Shown: piece after piece, positions 1-10,207 of the stretch
How positions within the stretch are numbered: the first letter of the stretch is position 1
How the letters are laid out: the number at the start of each line of letters is the position of its first letter
Assembly (NCBI GenBank): GCA_945892755.1
Contig: CAMDDO010000002.1
Span: forward strand, 58,418 to 122,417
Length of the DNA: 64,000 nt
From: Rhizobium sp. Q54
Lineage (GTDB): Bacteria; Pseudomonadota; Alphaproteobacteria; UBA828
Direction: 5' to 3'
Notes under the pieces: generated by a model
Databases searched by the model: none
Seen by the model: the letters and a program-made list of their open reading frames with translations, nothing else
What the model was told of the DNA's origin: nothing
Program-made: the position numbers and the translations under genes

Positions 1-1
1 C

Positions 2-2665
2 TATGTCAACGCCCACTATGCCAAGCTGCTGGCCCGGCCGGCCGAGGATTTCGTCGGCCGCCACGCGAGCGAGGTCGTCGGCGACGCCACGTTCGAACTC
101 CGCCGGCTCTATGTCGAGCGCACCCTGGCCGGCGAGACGGTGAAATACGAAGCCGAGATCGAGACGCCGACCGAAGGACGGCGCATCCTCGCGCATACCA
201 ACATCCCCATGAGGGGCGCCGACGGGGCCATTGACGGTTACCTCGTCATTGCGATCGACGTGACCGAACGGCGGCTGGCCGAAGACGCTCTGACACGCAA
301 GACCAAGCAGCTTGCCGTCATCTTGGATGCCTTGCCGGTGCTCGCGGCGCAGATCGATTACGACTACCGCTACCGCTTCGTCAATCGCGCCTATGCCGAG
401 TTCTACGGGCTTCCGGCCGCGCAGATCATCGGCCAAACCGTCGAACAATTTCACGGCAGTGAGCGCTGGGCCTTGCTCAAGCCTTACGATGACGCCGCAA
501 TGAGCGGCCAGACGGTCAAGTTCACCGCCACGGTCTCGCGCGCCGGCGAGGAGCGCAGTCTCGATATCATCGTCATGCCCGATCAACTCGGCAGCGGCAT
601 CGGCCGGGGCTATTTGGCGTTCTGCCAGGACATAACCGAGATCGTGGCGAACGCTCGCGCACTGGCAAAGGCGAAGGAAGGAGCGGAAGCGGCGAGCCGC
701 GCCAAATCCGAATTCCTCGCCACGATGAGCCATGAGATCAGGACGCCGATGAACGGCATTATCGGCATGACCGATTTGCTGCTCGATACGGCGCTCGACC
801 CCAAACAACGCCGTTTTGCCGACGCGGTCAATGAATCGGCGCAGGCCTTGCTTGTCCTGGTCGACGACATCCTCGACATTTCCAAACTCGAAGCCGGCCG
901 AATCGAGCTCGAAGCCTCGCCTTTCGTACTCGACGAGCTGATCGAAGGAGCGCTTCAGCTCGTGCTGCCGCGCGCCGCGCAGCGTGACAACGAGATCACG
1001 CTGTTCATCGCCCCTGATGTCCCGAACGCGTTGATCGGCGATCCCGGCCGCCTGCGCCAGGTCCTGCTCAATCTGATCGGCAATGCGATCAAGTTCACCA
1101 AGAAAGGCGCGATCGCGCTCAAGATCACGCGTCAAGGCGACGGTCAGGAGCGACCAACGCTGCGCTTCGAAGTGATCGACAATGGCCCGGGCATCCCGCC
1201 CGACGTTCAGCCGCGCCTCTTCCACAAATTCACTCAGGCCGACAGCTCGACGGCCCGCCGCTTTGGCGGCACCGGACTCGGCCTGTCGATCTGCCGAGAG
1301 CTCGTCACGCTGATGGGGGGCGAGATCGGCTTCAAAAGCGAGCTCGGAAGCGGCAGCACGTTCTTCTTCACGCTAACCCTGCCCCGGTCCGAGCGCGCCG
1401 ACGTGACGATCGTGCCGCAACTGCTCGGCGGCATGCGACTGCTGCTCGCCGACGACGATGCGCTCGGCATCGCCTTGGTTAAGCGGCAGCTCGAGGCGGC
1501 CGGCGCGGTGGTTCGCGCGGTCGAAAGTGCCGAGGAGGCGCTTGGCGCGGCGCGCGATCAACCGGCGGGCGTCGAACGATTCGACGCTGTCTTGCTCGAT
1601 CGTCGCCTGAGGGGGCCGCTCGGTCGCGATCTTGCTCGTGCCTTCCGCACCAAGATCGGGGCGACGGGAATCAAACTGATCGCGCTCGGCGGCCGGAGCG
1701 AACAGGCTTCTTCGGGCGAGGCGTGGCGCGAGGACGGTTTCGATGCTTGGATCGAGAAGCCGACGCGCCCGCGTCTCATGATCGAAACGGTTGCGCGCGC
1801 TTGCGGCCGGCTCGAAACCCCCAGCGAACCCCTCGATGCCGCCAAGGCAACGCCGCCGGCCCCCACCGCCGCGCCAAACAGCGTGGAGAGGTTTTCGGTC
1901 CTCCTGGCCGAAGACAACACGATCAACCAGCGCCTTGCGGCCACGCTGCTCGAGAAGGAAGGGCATCGCGTCGAAATCGTGTCCAATGGCCGTCTCGCGC
2001 TCGAGGCGGTCGAGCGCGGCGACTATGACCTTGTGCTGATGGACATCCAAATGCCCGAACTCGACGGACTCGAGGCGACCCGGCGGATCCGCGCGCTGGC
2101 CGGGGCCCGCGCGCGCGTGCCGATCGTTGCGATGACAGCGAACGCGATGAAGGGCGACGAGGAGATCTGCCTCGAAGCTGGCATGAACGCCTACCTCGCG
2201 AAGCCCATCGATCGGCAGAAACTTTCGGACAGTGTGCGCGAATGGGGAGCGGTAGGGCGCCAACTTCACGCGGGCACCATTCCCGCTGCGGTCAATGCCG
2301 ACGGGCCGCCGATCCTCGCGGGCCGGCTGCTCGACGATCTCGAGGCCCAGCTCGGGCGCGAAACCCTGACGTCGTTGATCGCCGAGCAGATGGAGGACAC
2401 GCGCGATCGACTGCAAGCGATCGCGCGCGCCCTCGGTGCCGGCGACGTGGATGCCCTTCGCCTCCTGGTTCATGGCCTGAGCAGCACCGCGGGCGGATTC
2501 GGGTTGATGATGCTCGCGGCGCGCGCCGGCGCGGTCGAGCGGGCATGCCGGGAGGACCAACGCGCCGTCGCGCTGAGCCTGGCGGGCACCCTTGAAGGCC
2601 TCGCCGGCAAATCGCTCGATGCTCTTTCCGAGCGCTATCCGGAGTGCGCCCGCAGGGTGGCTTGA
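2..2665 (+). CDS. Hybrid sensor histidine kinase (PAS - HisKA - HATPase_c - REC - REC - Hpt), 5' end outside window
   Basis: The frame stays open from base 2 (YVNAHYAKLLARPAEDF... continues the PAS domain upstream of the track's first Met at 140). Motifs present: H-box SHEIRTPMNGIIGMTDLL, N/G boxes (GNAIKFT, DNGPGI, GGTGLGLSI), two receiver domains (LLADDD...VLLD...K; LLAEDN...VLMDIQMP...LAKP) and a C-terminal Hpt-like helix bundle (LLVHGLSSTAGGFG). Confidence 0.85.
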   Translation, partial: YVNAHYAKLLARPAEDFVGRHASEVVGDATFELRRLYVERTLAGETVKYEAEIETPTEGRRILAHTNIPMRGADGAIDGYLVIAIDVTERRLAEDALTRKTKQLAVILDALPVLAAQIDYDYRYRFVNRAYAEFYGLPAAQIIGQTVEQFHGSERWALLKPYDDAAMSGQTVKFTATVSRAGEERSLDIIVMPDQLGSGIGRGYLAFCQDITEIVANARALAKAKEGAEAASRAKSEFLATMSHEIRTPMNGIIGMTDLLLDTALDPKQRRFADAVNESAQALLVLVDDILDISKLEAGRIELEASPFVLDELIEGALQLVLPRAAQRDNEITLFIAPDVPNALIGDPGRLRQVLLNLIGNAIKFTKKGAIALKITRQGDGQERPTLRFEVIDNGPGIPPDVQPRLFHKFTQADSSTARRFGGTGLGLSICRELVTLMGGEIGFKSELGSGSTFFFTLTLPRSERADVTIVPQLLGGMRLLLADDDALGIALVKRQLEAAGAVVRAVESAEEALGAARDQPAGVERFDAVLLDRRLRGPLGRDLARAFRTKIGATGIKLIALGGRSEQASSGEAWREDGFDAWIEKPTRPRLMIETVARACGRLETPSEPLDAAKATPPAPTAAPNSVERFSVLLAEDNTINQRLAATLLEKEGHRVEIVSNGRLALEAVERGDYDLVLMDIQMPELDGLEATRRIRALAGARARVPIVAMTANAMKGDEEICLEAGMNAYLAKPIDRQKLSDSVREWGAVGRQLHAGTIPAAVNADGPPILAGRLLDDLEAQLGRETLTSLIAEQMEDTRDRLQAIARALGAGDVDALRLLVHGLSSTAGGFGLMMLAARAGAVERACREDQRAVALSLAGTLEGLAGKSLDALSERYPECARRVA

Positions 2666-3789
2666 CGTCCGCGCTTGGTTCCGCCGCGAGCGGTCCCGAG
2701 GACATGGCGGACGATTTTTCTCGTGAGAGTCGGAAAAGCGTGGCGGTGAAAGCCGCTCGGCTTCGACCACAGCCCCGAGGGCGCGCGCGCCATTTCCACC
2801 CGACCGGCCATGACTCGCAGCTCGAGGTCGAAATGCGTGAAGCCGTGCGAGACCTCGCCCGGCAGGACCCGCCAAGCGGTTGCGACAGGCGCGTGGCGCA
2901 GCGCGCTACGGGCATCGGGCGCGTCGAGCTCCCAGGGTGTCGACGGCACGTCGATCATGCCGCCAAGCAAACCGCTTTCGGGTCGCCGCCTGAGCAGCAC
3001 GGCGCCATCGTCCCGCTCGAGCCAAAACACCACGCCATGACGCCGCGGCTTCAACTTGACCGGCGCGCGTCGCGGCAGCTCGGCCGCAATGCCGGCCTTG
3101 CGTGCCAGGCATGGCTTGGCCCAGGGGCAACCCAAGCAGCCGGGAGAACGCGGCGTGCAGATTGTGGCGCCGAGGTCCATCAGCGCCTGCGCATAATCGC
3201 CGGGGCGCTGGTCAGGCACGAGTGTCGCGGCCAGTCGCTTGAGTTGGGCCTTCGCGCGCGGCAAGGGGGTTTCGAGCGCGAACAGCCTGGCCATGACCCG
3301 CTCGACATTGCCGTCAACCACATTGGCGGGGCGGTCGAACGCAATCGCTCGGATTGCCGCGATCGTGTATTCCCCAACCCCTGGCAAGGCGTGCAACGCC
3401 TCTGGATCTTCCGGAACGATGCCATGATGATCTGCGACGACCGCTTGAGCGGCGCGATGCAGATTGCGTGCCCGCGCGTAATAGCCGAGCCCCTGCCAAG
3501 CATGCAGCACCTCGTCGAGCGACGCGTCGGCGAGCCGTTCGACGCTTGGGAAACGTGCGAGGAACCGGTCATAATGGCCGGCAACGGTTGGCACGGTGGT
3601 CTGCTGCAACATCACTTCGCTGAGCCAGACCCGGTAGGGATCGGGCCTTTGCCCAGGTTCGGCACGCCAAGGTAGGCGGCGGCGATGACAGTCGTACCAG
3701 GCGAGCAAGCGTTCAGGTAGCGCCATGCCGTCTTCGGGCGTCCCAGCCTTTGCTGACTTGTTGTGCTTCGCTGGCTTCTGTTTCGCCAT
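2635..3789 (-). CDS. mutY: A/G-specific adenine DNA glycosylase MutY
   Basis: HhH-GPD core (LPGVGEYTIAAIRAIAF), 4Fe-4S Cys cluster (CTPRSPGCLGCPWAKPC) and a C-terminal NUDIX-like domain. The real start is taken as the internal Met (MAKQKPAKH...) at 3789; the 540-aa track ORF carries a spurious N-terminal extension. The 3' end is convergent with and overlaps the kinase gene by about 30 nt. Confidence 0.85.
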   Translation of the reverse strand: MAKQKPAKHNKSAKAGTPEDGMALPERLLAWYDCHRRRLPWRAEPGQRPDPYRVWLSEVMLQQTTVPTVAGHYDRFLARFPSVERLADASLDEVLHAWQGLGYYARARNLHRAAQAVVADHHGIVPEDPEALHALPGVGEYTIAAIRAIAFDRPANVVDGNVERVMARLFALETPLPRAKAQLKRLAATLVPDQRPGDYAQALMDLGATICTPRSPGCLGCPWAKPCLARKAGIAAELPRRAPVKLKPRRHGVVFWLERDDGAVLLRRRPESGLLGGMIDVPSTPWELDAPDARSALRHAPVATAWRVLPGEVSHGFTHFDLELRVMAGRVEMARAPSGLWSKPSGFHRHAFPTLTRKIVRHVLGTARGGTKRGRQATLRAHSG

Positions 3790-3864
3790 GATTCCGCCAC
3801 CCCGATGCGTAGAATAGGGCGTGCGGCACGAGTCGCGAAGCACGGCGCAATCATCTGGGGCGAA

Positions 3865-4347
3865 ATGCCGGCATCCAAGCACGGAGAGCATCGGGTCGGC
3901 TTGAGGCGGCTGGCCGACGCGACGCAGGCGGCGGCCCGGCCTCTCTTGCGCGAGCACGGCTTCGCGCTGCCCGCGATTCTTTCGAACTGGGCGGCCATCG
4001 TGGGCGACGGGCTGGCGCGCGACTGCTCGCCCGAACGCCTGGCACGAGACGGTACGCTGACGATCCGGGTCGCCGGCCCGGTCGCAACCGAAATTCAGCA
4101 CCGCGAACCCGAGATTCTCGAGCGAATCGCGACCTATTTCGGTCACCGTGCGGTGCGCCGACTGCGTCTCGTGCACGGACCCCTGCCCAAGATGGTAGGG
4201 CGCGCCGCCCCAGCGCCCCGCCCGCTCGACGAGCTTGAAACCCGCGCGATCGACCATCTGACCGCGCCGATCCGCGACTCGACCCTGCGCTCGGCGCTAC
4301 GCCGTCTTGGTCTGGCCGTGCTCGGTGCCGAGCGCCGCCCGTCTTGA
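3865..4347 (+). CDS. DUF721 (DciA-like) domain protein
   Basis: RRLADATQAAARPLLREHGFALPAILSNWAAIVGDGLARDCSPERL resembles the DUF721 family that is commonly divergent from mutY or upstream of dsbA in alphaproteobacteria. Start placed at the internal Met (MPASKHG); this is uncertain. Confidence 0.55.
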   Translation: MPASKHGEHRVGLRRLADATQAAARPLLREHGFALPAILSNWAAIVGDGLARDCSPERLARDGTLTIRVAGPVATEIQHREPEILERIATYFGHRAVRRLRLVHGPLPKMVGRAAPAPRPLDELETRAIDHLTAPIRDSTLRSALRRLGLAVLGAERRPS

Positions 4348-4381
4348 AGAGCGCGGACGGCTCCTCCTATAATCGCCGCAA

Positions 4382-5050
4382 ATGCGCAGGGATCCCATGA
4401 ACGACAAACGCCTGATTTCGCGTCGCTCGCTATTGACCGTGCTGAGCAGTACGGCGGCGGTCGCGGCGACCTCGAGCTACACTTTGTCCTATGTCTGGGC
4501 CAAGCCGAGCAACGCGGCGAGCTGGGAGAATCCCGGCGACGTGGCGGTCGGCAACGCCGAGGCGCCGGTCGTGCTAATCGAGTATTTCTCGCTCACCTGC
4601 CCGCACTGCATGCGATTCCACCGCGAAACCTATGCCGCGTTCCGCCGCCAGTACGTTGAAACCGGCAAAGTGCGTTACATTTTGCGCGACTTTCCGCTGA
4701 ACGCGCCAGCGCTCGATGCCGCCAAGCTGGCCCATTGCGGCGGGCCGGAGCGCTATTTCGCGTTCATCGAGACGCTGTTCGAGCAGTTCGAGCAGTGGAC
4801 CGGCAGCGGCGATTATCTCAACGCCCTGGCCAAGATCGGCGAACTCGGCGGCGTCTCCGAGGCTCAATTCAAGGCTTGCCTGGCCGACAAGGAGCTCGAG
4901 GCCAGAATTCTCTCTGTCGCGCTCGAGGGCGAATCGAAATATAATATTGAGTCGACGCCATCGTTCGTGATCAACGGCAAGCTTCACACAGGCGAAATGC
5001 GGATCGAAAAGCTCTCCAAGATTCTCAATGATTCGATGCCCGAGATTTAG
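4382..5050 (+). CDS. DsbA-family thiol:disulfide oxidoreductase (periplasmic, Tat/Sec signal)
   Basis: Thioredoxin-fold CPHC active site (FSLTCPHCMRFH), an N-terminal RRSLL twin-arginine-like signal, and a conserved cis-Pro region (STPSFVINGK). The start may instead be the Met at 4397. Confidence 0.8.
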   Translation: MRRDPMNDKRLISRRSLLTVLSSTAAVAATSSYTLSYVWAKPSNAASWENPGDVAVGNAEAPVVLIEYFSLTCPHCMRFHRETYAAFRRQYVETGKVRYILRDFPLNAPALDAAKLAHCGGPERYFAFIETLFEQFEQWTGSGDYLNALAKIGELGGVSEAQFKACLADKELEARILSVALEGESKYNIESTPSFVINGKLHTGEMRIEKLSKILNDSMPEI

Positions 5051-5061
5051 GTAGGAATCGG

Positions 5062-8000
5062 GTGCATTTCACCAAATTGCGGTTGACCGGCTTCAAGTCG
5101 TTCGTCGAACCGACCGAGTTCCTGATCGAGTCTGGCTTGTCCGGCATTGTCGGGCCGAACGGCTGCGGAAAGTCGAACCTGGTCGAAGCACTGCGCTGGG
5201 TGATGGGCGAGACCTCCGCCAAGCAGATGCGCGGCGGCGAAATGGACGATGTCATATTCAGCGGCACCGAGCAGCGCGCGGCGCGCAATGTCGCCGAAGT
5301 CGCGCTTTGGCTGGACAATGCGACGCGTCAGGCGCCCGCGGCGTTCAATGACAGCGACACGATTGAGGTCGTGCGTCGCATCGAGCGCGACGAGGGCTCG
5401 GTCTATCGCGTCAACGGCCAGGAGGTGCGCGCGCGCGACGTGCAATTGTTGTTCGCCGATGCCGCGAGCGGTGCCCATTCCTCGGCCATGGTCGGCCAAG
5501 GCCGTATCAACGACATCATCAACGCCAAGCCCGCCCAGCGTCGCCTCATTCTCGAAGAAGCCGCGGGCGTCACCGGCCTGCATGCGCGCCGTCACGAGGC
5601 CGAGCTCAAGCTCAAGGCGGCCGAAGCCAATTTGTTGCGCATCGAGGACGTGCTCGGCGCGCTCGATGCGCAACTCCAAGGGCTGAAACGCCAGGCGCGC
5701 CAGGCGAGCCGCTATCGGCGGCTGTCCGAGAACCTGCGCCGGCTCGATGCCTTGTTGTTGCATTTGCGCTGGAGCCGCGCACGGCAGGATGCGGCCGATG
5801 CCTCGCGCGCGCTTGACGAGGCGAACCGCATCGTCGCGACGCTGACCGGCGATGTCGCCGCCGCCACGACGGCGGAGACCGAAGCCGGCGAGAGCCTGCC
5901 CACGCTGCGCCAGGCCGAGGCCGAGCTTGGCGCAGCCCTGCATCGCCTCTCGGTTGCGCGCGACGCGCTTGAGGCCGAGGCCCAGCGTTTGGCCGAAGCG
6001 CGTCAATCGTTGGAGACCCGCCTCGCCCAGATCGCGACCGACGTTGGACGCGAGCAGGGCTTGGCCCATGACGGCGCTGCCGCGCTCGAGCGGATCGCGC
6101 GCGAGATCGCCGCGCTCAATGCCGCGGTCGACACCGAGGCGGAGGCCGAGGCGGCGACCCGGGTAGCGCGCGAGAGCGCGCTTGAGACGGTTCGCGCGCT
6201 TGACCGGGGCCTGACCCTTCTGCTCGAGCAGGTCGCGACCACCGAAGCCCGGCGCGACGCGACCGAACGCGACATCGCGGCACTGGCCGAGCGGCGCCGG
6301 CGTACCGTCGAAGAGCGCGATGCGATCGAGCGTGAACGCGCCGAGCTGACCGCGCGCGCCAGCCATGATGCCGAGCGGCGCGGCGCCTTTGCGGCGGTCG
6401 CGACAGCGGCCGAGGCGGTCGCCACGGCGCGGGCCGCGTTCGAGTCCGGCGAGCAGTCGCGCGCAACCGCGCTCGCCGCGTCGAATCTGGCGCGCGACCG
6501 GATTCAATCGGTTGAAGCCCGACTCGCGCGCTTCAAGGCGGAGCGCGATGCGCTCGAATCGGTGCTCGGCAAACGCGAGCCGGGCTATGGCCCCTCGGTC
6601 GTCGACGTGATCACCGTCGAGCCCGGCTATGAGGTGGCGCTTGGCGCCGCGCTCGGCGATGACCTCGATGCGCCTGAAAACGAACATGCCGCGATCCATT
6701 GGGCGACCCTGTCGCCGCTGGTCGACCCGCCGGCGCTGCCGGCCGGTGCCGCGCCATTGAGCGCGGTGGTCGGCGCGCCGCCGGCTCTGGCGCGCCGGCT
6801 CTCCCAGGTCGGCGTGGTCGACGACGCCGATGGCCCTCGGCTGCGCGACGCCCTCAGGCCCGGTCAGCGGCTGGTCACGCGCAGCGGTGCGATGTGGCGC
6901 TGGGATGGCTTTACGCTCGGGCGCGACGCGCCGATCACCGCTGCGACCCGGCTCAAGCAGCGCAATCGTCTGACCGCACTCGCCAGCGAGATCGCCAAGG
7001 CCGAGCAGGAGCATGAAGCGGCGCTGCTGATCGGCAGCGAGGCCGAAGGCCAGCGGCGCGCGGCCGAAGACGCCACCGCCGCCGCCCGACATGCCGCTGA
7101 CCGTGCGCGGGACGCACATGATGCGGCGCTCGACCGTAAGGCCAAGCTCGACGCCGCCGCCGCCGCCGATGCCTCGCGGCTCGAGGCGCTTGGCGAGGCG
7201 GCCGAGCGCCTGGCCAAGGAGATTTACCAGACCGCCTTTGCCGAGACCAAGGCGGAGGCCGCGCTCGCCGCGTTGCCACCCTCCGACGCAGGACGGGCGG
7301 AAACCCTGAGGCTGCGCCAAGAACTCGATGCGGCACGTGGCGCGCTTGATGACAAGGCCCGGGCGCACGAACAGGTCTTGCGCGAGCGTGCCAACCGCGA
7401 GGCGAGACTGATGAGCCTCGCTGACGACCAGGTATCGTGGACGCAACGGACCGAAGGCGCCGCGCGCCGCCTGGCCGAGCTTGACAGCCGCCGGGCCGAT
7501 GCCGAGCAGAGCCTGGCTGCCATTCTCGGCAAACCCGACCAGATTGCCGCTCAGCGCGGCGAGCTCCTGAGCGAAATCTCTGCGCTCGAAACGCGCCGTC
7601 GCGCCGCTGCCGATGCGCTCGTGCAGGGCGAGTCGCGCTATGTCGAATCTACGCGGAGCCGCCGCAGCGCCGAACAAGCGCTGAGTGCAAGCCGAGAGGA
7701 CCGCGTTCGGCTCGAAAGCCGGCTCGACCATGCACGGGCTGAGGAGACCGACGCCGCCGCGCAGATACGCGAACGGCTCGAATGCGAGCCCGAACAGGCG
7801 CTCGACCATGCCGATCCCGAGCCAAACGAGGCGATGCCCGAGTTGGCCACGGTCGAGGAGCGCATTCACAAGCTCAATCGCGAGCGCGAGGCGATCGGCC
7901 CGGTCAACCTCAGGGCCGAGATCGAGGCGCGCGAGCTCGAAGAGCAGATCGAGATGCTAAGCCGGGAAAAACTCGATCTCGAAGCCGCGATCGCGCGCCT

Positions 8001-8520
8001 GCGCCAGGGTATCAGCTCGCTCAATCGCGAGGGCCGCGAACGTCTGCTCGCGGCCTTCACCGCGATCGACCGGCATTTCCAGGAACTCTTCACCCAGCTT
8101 TTCGGCGGCGGGCAAGCCCATCTGATGCTGGTCGATTCCGACGATCCGCTGCAGGCCGGCCTCGAGATCATGGCAAGCCCGCCCGGCAAGCGGATGCAAT
8201 CGCTAAGCTTGCTGTCGGGGGGCGAGAAGGCCCTGACCGCGCTAGCGCTGCTGTTTGGCGCGTTTCTGACCAACCCGGCGCCGATCTGCGTGCTGGACGA
8301 GGCCGATGCGCCGCTCGATGAGTCGAATGTTGGACGCTTCTGCTCGCTGATCGAGGATCTTGCCACGAAGGCGAAGACGCGCTTTATCGTCATCACGCAC
8401 AACCGGATCACCATGGCGCGGGTCGACCGGCTCTATGGCGTGACCATGGCCGAGCGCGGCGTTTCGCAGCTCGTTTCGGTCGATCTGGATGCCGCGGAGC
8501 GCCTGCGCGAGACTGCCTGA
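5062..8520 (+). CDS. smc: Chromosome segregation protein SMC
   Basis: GTG start. N-terminal Walker A (GPNGCGKSN), long coiled-coil arms, a hinge, a C-terminal signature motif (LSGGEKALTALALLFG) and Walker B (VLDEADAPLD); 1152 aa. Confidence 0.92.
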   Translation: MHFTKLRLTGFKSFVEPTEFLIESGLSGIVGPNGCGKSNLVEALRWVMGETSAKQMRGGEMDDVIFSGTEQRAARNVAEVALWLDNATRQAPAAFNDSDTIEVVRRIERDEGSVYRVNGQEVRARDVQLLFADAASGAHSSAMVGQGRINDIINAKPAQRRLILEEAAGVTGLHARRHEAELKLKAAEANLLRIEDVLGALDAQLQGLKRQARQASRYRRLSENLRRLDALLLHLRWSRARQDAADASRALDEANRIVATLTGDVAAATTAETEAGESLPTLRQAEAELGAALHRLSVARDALEAEAQRLAEARQSLETRLAQIATDVGREQGLAHDGAAALERIAREIAALNAAVDTEAEAEAATRVARESALETVRALDRGLTLLLEQVATTEARRDATERDIAALAERRRRTVEERDAIERERAELTARASHDAERRGAFAAVATAAEAVATARAAFESGEQSRATALAASNLARDRIQSVEARLARFKAERDALESVLGKREPGYGPSVVDVITVEPGYEVALGAALGDDLDAPENEHAAIHWATLSPLVDPPALPAGAAPLSAVVGAPPALARRLSQVGVVDDADGPRLRDALRPGQRLVTRSGAMWRWDGFTLGRDAPITAATRLKQRNRLTALASEIAKAEQEHEAALLIGSEAEGQRRAAEDATAAARHAADRARDAHDAALDRKAKLDAAAAADASRLEALGEAAERLAKEIYQTAFAETKAEAALAALPPSDAGRAETLRLRQELDAARGALDDKARAHEQVLRERANREARLMSLADDQVSWTQRTEGAARRLAELDSRRADAEQSLAAILGKPDQIAAQRGELLSEISALETRRRAAADALVQGESRYVESTRSRRSAEQALSASREDRVRLESRLDHARAEETDAAAQIRERLECEPEQALDHADPEPNEAMPELATVEERIHKLNREREAIGPVNLRAEIEARELEEQIEMLSREKLDLEAAIARLRQGISSLNREGRERLLAAFTAIDRHFQELFTQLFGGGQAHLMLVDSDDPLQAGLEIMASPPGKRMQSLSLLSGGEKALTALALLFGAFLTNPAPICVLDEADAPLDESNVGRFCSLIEDLATKAKTRFIVITHNRITMARVDRLYGVTMAERGVSQLVSVDLDAAERLRETA

Positions 8521-8654
8521 GCGTCGTCGCGAGAGCACGAATAGCTAAGTAATTTCAGGCAGTTGACCTGAGGTCACAATACCTTGACAGGGCTGGGGCC
8601 GGTCACTATGGTTCGCCCGGCTTTTTGACCATGGCCGGGGCGGAGCGGGGTCAA

Positions 8655-9017
8655 ATGGCGTCCGACGACAAGCGACCGCCCTCTTTGGAGGATATCGACT
8701 CCCGCCTGCGCAGGGCCCGCGAGAAGGAGAAGCCCGGCGACGGCCTGAAGACCCCGTCAAGCAATCTCGGCCGCGCGTTTACCTTGGCGGTCGAGATGGC
8801 CGCCGCGCTTGCGGTCGGTGGCGGGATCGGCTGGTATCTTGACAAGTGGCTCGATACCAAGCCTTGGCTGCTCGTCGTGTTCCTGATCATCGGGATTGCC
8901 GCCGGCGTCAAGAACGTGATGCGCCAGATCGCGCGCATCAACGCTGAGATTGAAAAGCAAGAACGGGACGCGGCCGAACAGGCTCGGTCGGAGCGGCCGA
9001 ACGGCGACCGGGGGTAG
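8655..9017 (+). CDS. atpI: ATP synthase protein I (AtpI/AtpZ family)
   Basis: Small membrane protein (LEDIDSRLRRAREKEK... two TM helices) immediately upstream of atpB. Start could be the upstream Met at 8625. Confidence 0.6.
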   Translation: MASDDKRPPSLEDIDSRLRRAREKEKPGDGLKTPSSNLGRAFTLAVEMAAALAVGGGIGWYLDKWLDTKPWLLVVFLIIGIAAGVKNVMRQIARINAEIEKQERDAAEQARSERPNGDRG

Positions 9018-9025
9018 AGGAAGAA

Positions 9026-9844
9026 GTGGCGGAAGCAAGCGAAAGCGCTGGCACGGCGGTCGAGGCGGTAGGCGAACACGCGGGCGACGCCGCGGCGGAA
9101 GCCGCGGCGCATGGCGGCGAGAAGCACGGCCTGCTCGATCAGTTCAAGATCGACCGCTTCGTCGACATCGACCTCGGCTTCGACGCCTCGTTCAGCAATT
9201 CGAGCGCGATGATGGTCGCGACCGTCGCGCTGATTTCGATCTTCATGATTTTCGGGCTCGGGCGTCGGCGCATGATCCCGGGCCGCATGCAGGGCATGGT
9301 CGAAGCGACCTATGAGATGGTCGCGCGCATGCTGGGCGATACGGTCGGCGGCAAGGGCGCCGAACGCGCCTTCCCGCTGGTCTTCAGCCTCTTCATGTTC
9401 CTCTTGTTTGGGAACCTTCTGGGGCTGATCCCCTACGCCTTCACCTTCACCAGCCACATCGTCGTCACCTTCATGTTCGCCGCCGTGATCTTCATCGGCG
9501 TGACGCTTTTGGGCCTGATCATCCACCGCCACCACTTCTTCAGCTATTTCGCGCCCTCGGGCGTGCCGATTTTCCTGATGCCGGTCTTGGTGCCGATCGA
9601 GATCATCTCCTACATCGCGCGCCCCATCAGCCTCTCGGTTCGTCTGTTCGCCAACATGATGGCCGGCCACACAATTCTCCACGTGTTCGGCACCTTCATC
9701 GCGGCGCTCGCCTTCTTCGGCTTTCTGCCGTTCGGCTTCATGGTCGCGCTCTACGGCCTCGAGATTCTGGTCGCCTGCCTGCAGGCCTATGTGTTCGCGA
9801 TCCTCACCTGCCTTTATATTCGCGACGCGATCCACCTCCACTGA
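9026..9844 (+). CDS. atpB: F0F1 ATP synthase subunit a
   Basis: GTG start. The conserved Arg-containing helix (SLSVRLFANMMAGH) and multi-TM topology are present. Confidence 0.9.
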   Translation: MAEASESAGTAVEAVGEHAGDAAAEAAAHGGEKHGLLDQFKIDRFVDIDLGFDASFSNSSAMMVATVALISIFMIFGLGRRRMIPGRMQGMVEATYEMVARMLGDTVGGKGAERAFPLVFSLFMFLLFGNLLGLIPYAFTFTSHIVVTFMFAAVIFIGVTLLGLIIHRHHFFSYFAPSGVPIFLMPVLVPIEIISYIARPISLSVRLFANMMAGHTILHVFGTFIAALAFFGFLPFGFMVALYGLEILVACLQAYVFAILTCLYIRDAIHLH

Positions 9845-9909
9845 GACGAGCTGGCCCGCGCCGGGAGAACCCAACCCTCTAACCAAACCTAAGCAAAGGG
9901 ACGACGATC

Positions 9910-10146
9910 ATGGACGCGGAAGCGGCAAAATTATTGGGCCAGTTCATCGGCATGGGCCTCGCCACCATGGGCGTGGCGGGTGCCGGCGTCGGCATTGGCA
10001 TCATCTTCGGCAATTTCATCTCGGCCGCCGGGCGCAACCCGGCCGCCGCGCCGAAGCTGTTCGGCAACGTGCTGCTGGGCTTCGCGCTGACCGAGGCGAC
10101 GGCGCTCTTCGCCCTCGTCATGGCCTTCATCATTCTCGGCAGCTGA
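9910..10146 (+). CDS. atpE: F0F1 ATP synthase subunit c
   Basis: 78-aa hairpin proteolipid, GxGxGxG helix 1 and a conserved carboxylate helix 2 ([21 protein letters not shown]). Confidence 0.92.
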   Translation: MDAEAAKLLGQFIGMGLATMGVAGAGVGIGIIFGNFISAAGRNPAAAPKLFGNVLLGFALTEATALFALVMAFIILGS

Positions 10147-10207
10147 AGACCAGACCAAGGCGCGCCGGCGGCCAGTTTGCGGCCGCCCGTGCCCGGGAGT
10201 TCGCGCC

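Noticed and set aside
2635-4257. 540-aa version of MutY with a 156-aa N-terminal extension
   Set aside because: The extension has no homology and overlaps the divergent DUF721 gene. The conserved MutY N-terminus begins at the internal Met at 3789.
5047-7869. 940-aa minus-strand ORF (and many other >100-aa ORFs, e.g. 1373..2875, 6003..6466, 6864..7336) antisense to smc and the sensor kinase
   Set aside because: The sense strand encodes full-length, motif-bearing SMC and hybrid-kinase proteins. The antisense products are Arg/Ala/Gly-rich low-complexity translations typical of stop-codon-poor high-GC DNA.
8521-8654. Possible atp operon promoter (TTGACC ... TTGACA boxes) and cccggc/gccggg inverted repeat upstream of atpI
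   Set aside because: Hexamers resembling -35 elements are present, but no convincing -10 at proper spacing could be assigned by eye; left unannotated.
8651-9886. 411-aa minus-strand ORF overlapping atpI-atpB
   Set aside because: Antisense to the conserved ATP synthase a subunit; His/Asp/Arg-rich nonsense composition.
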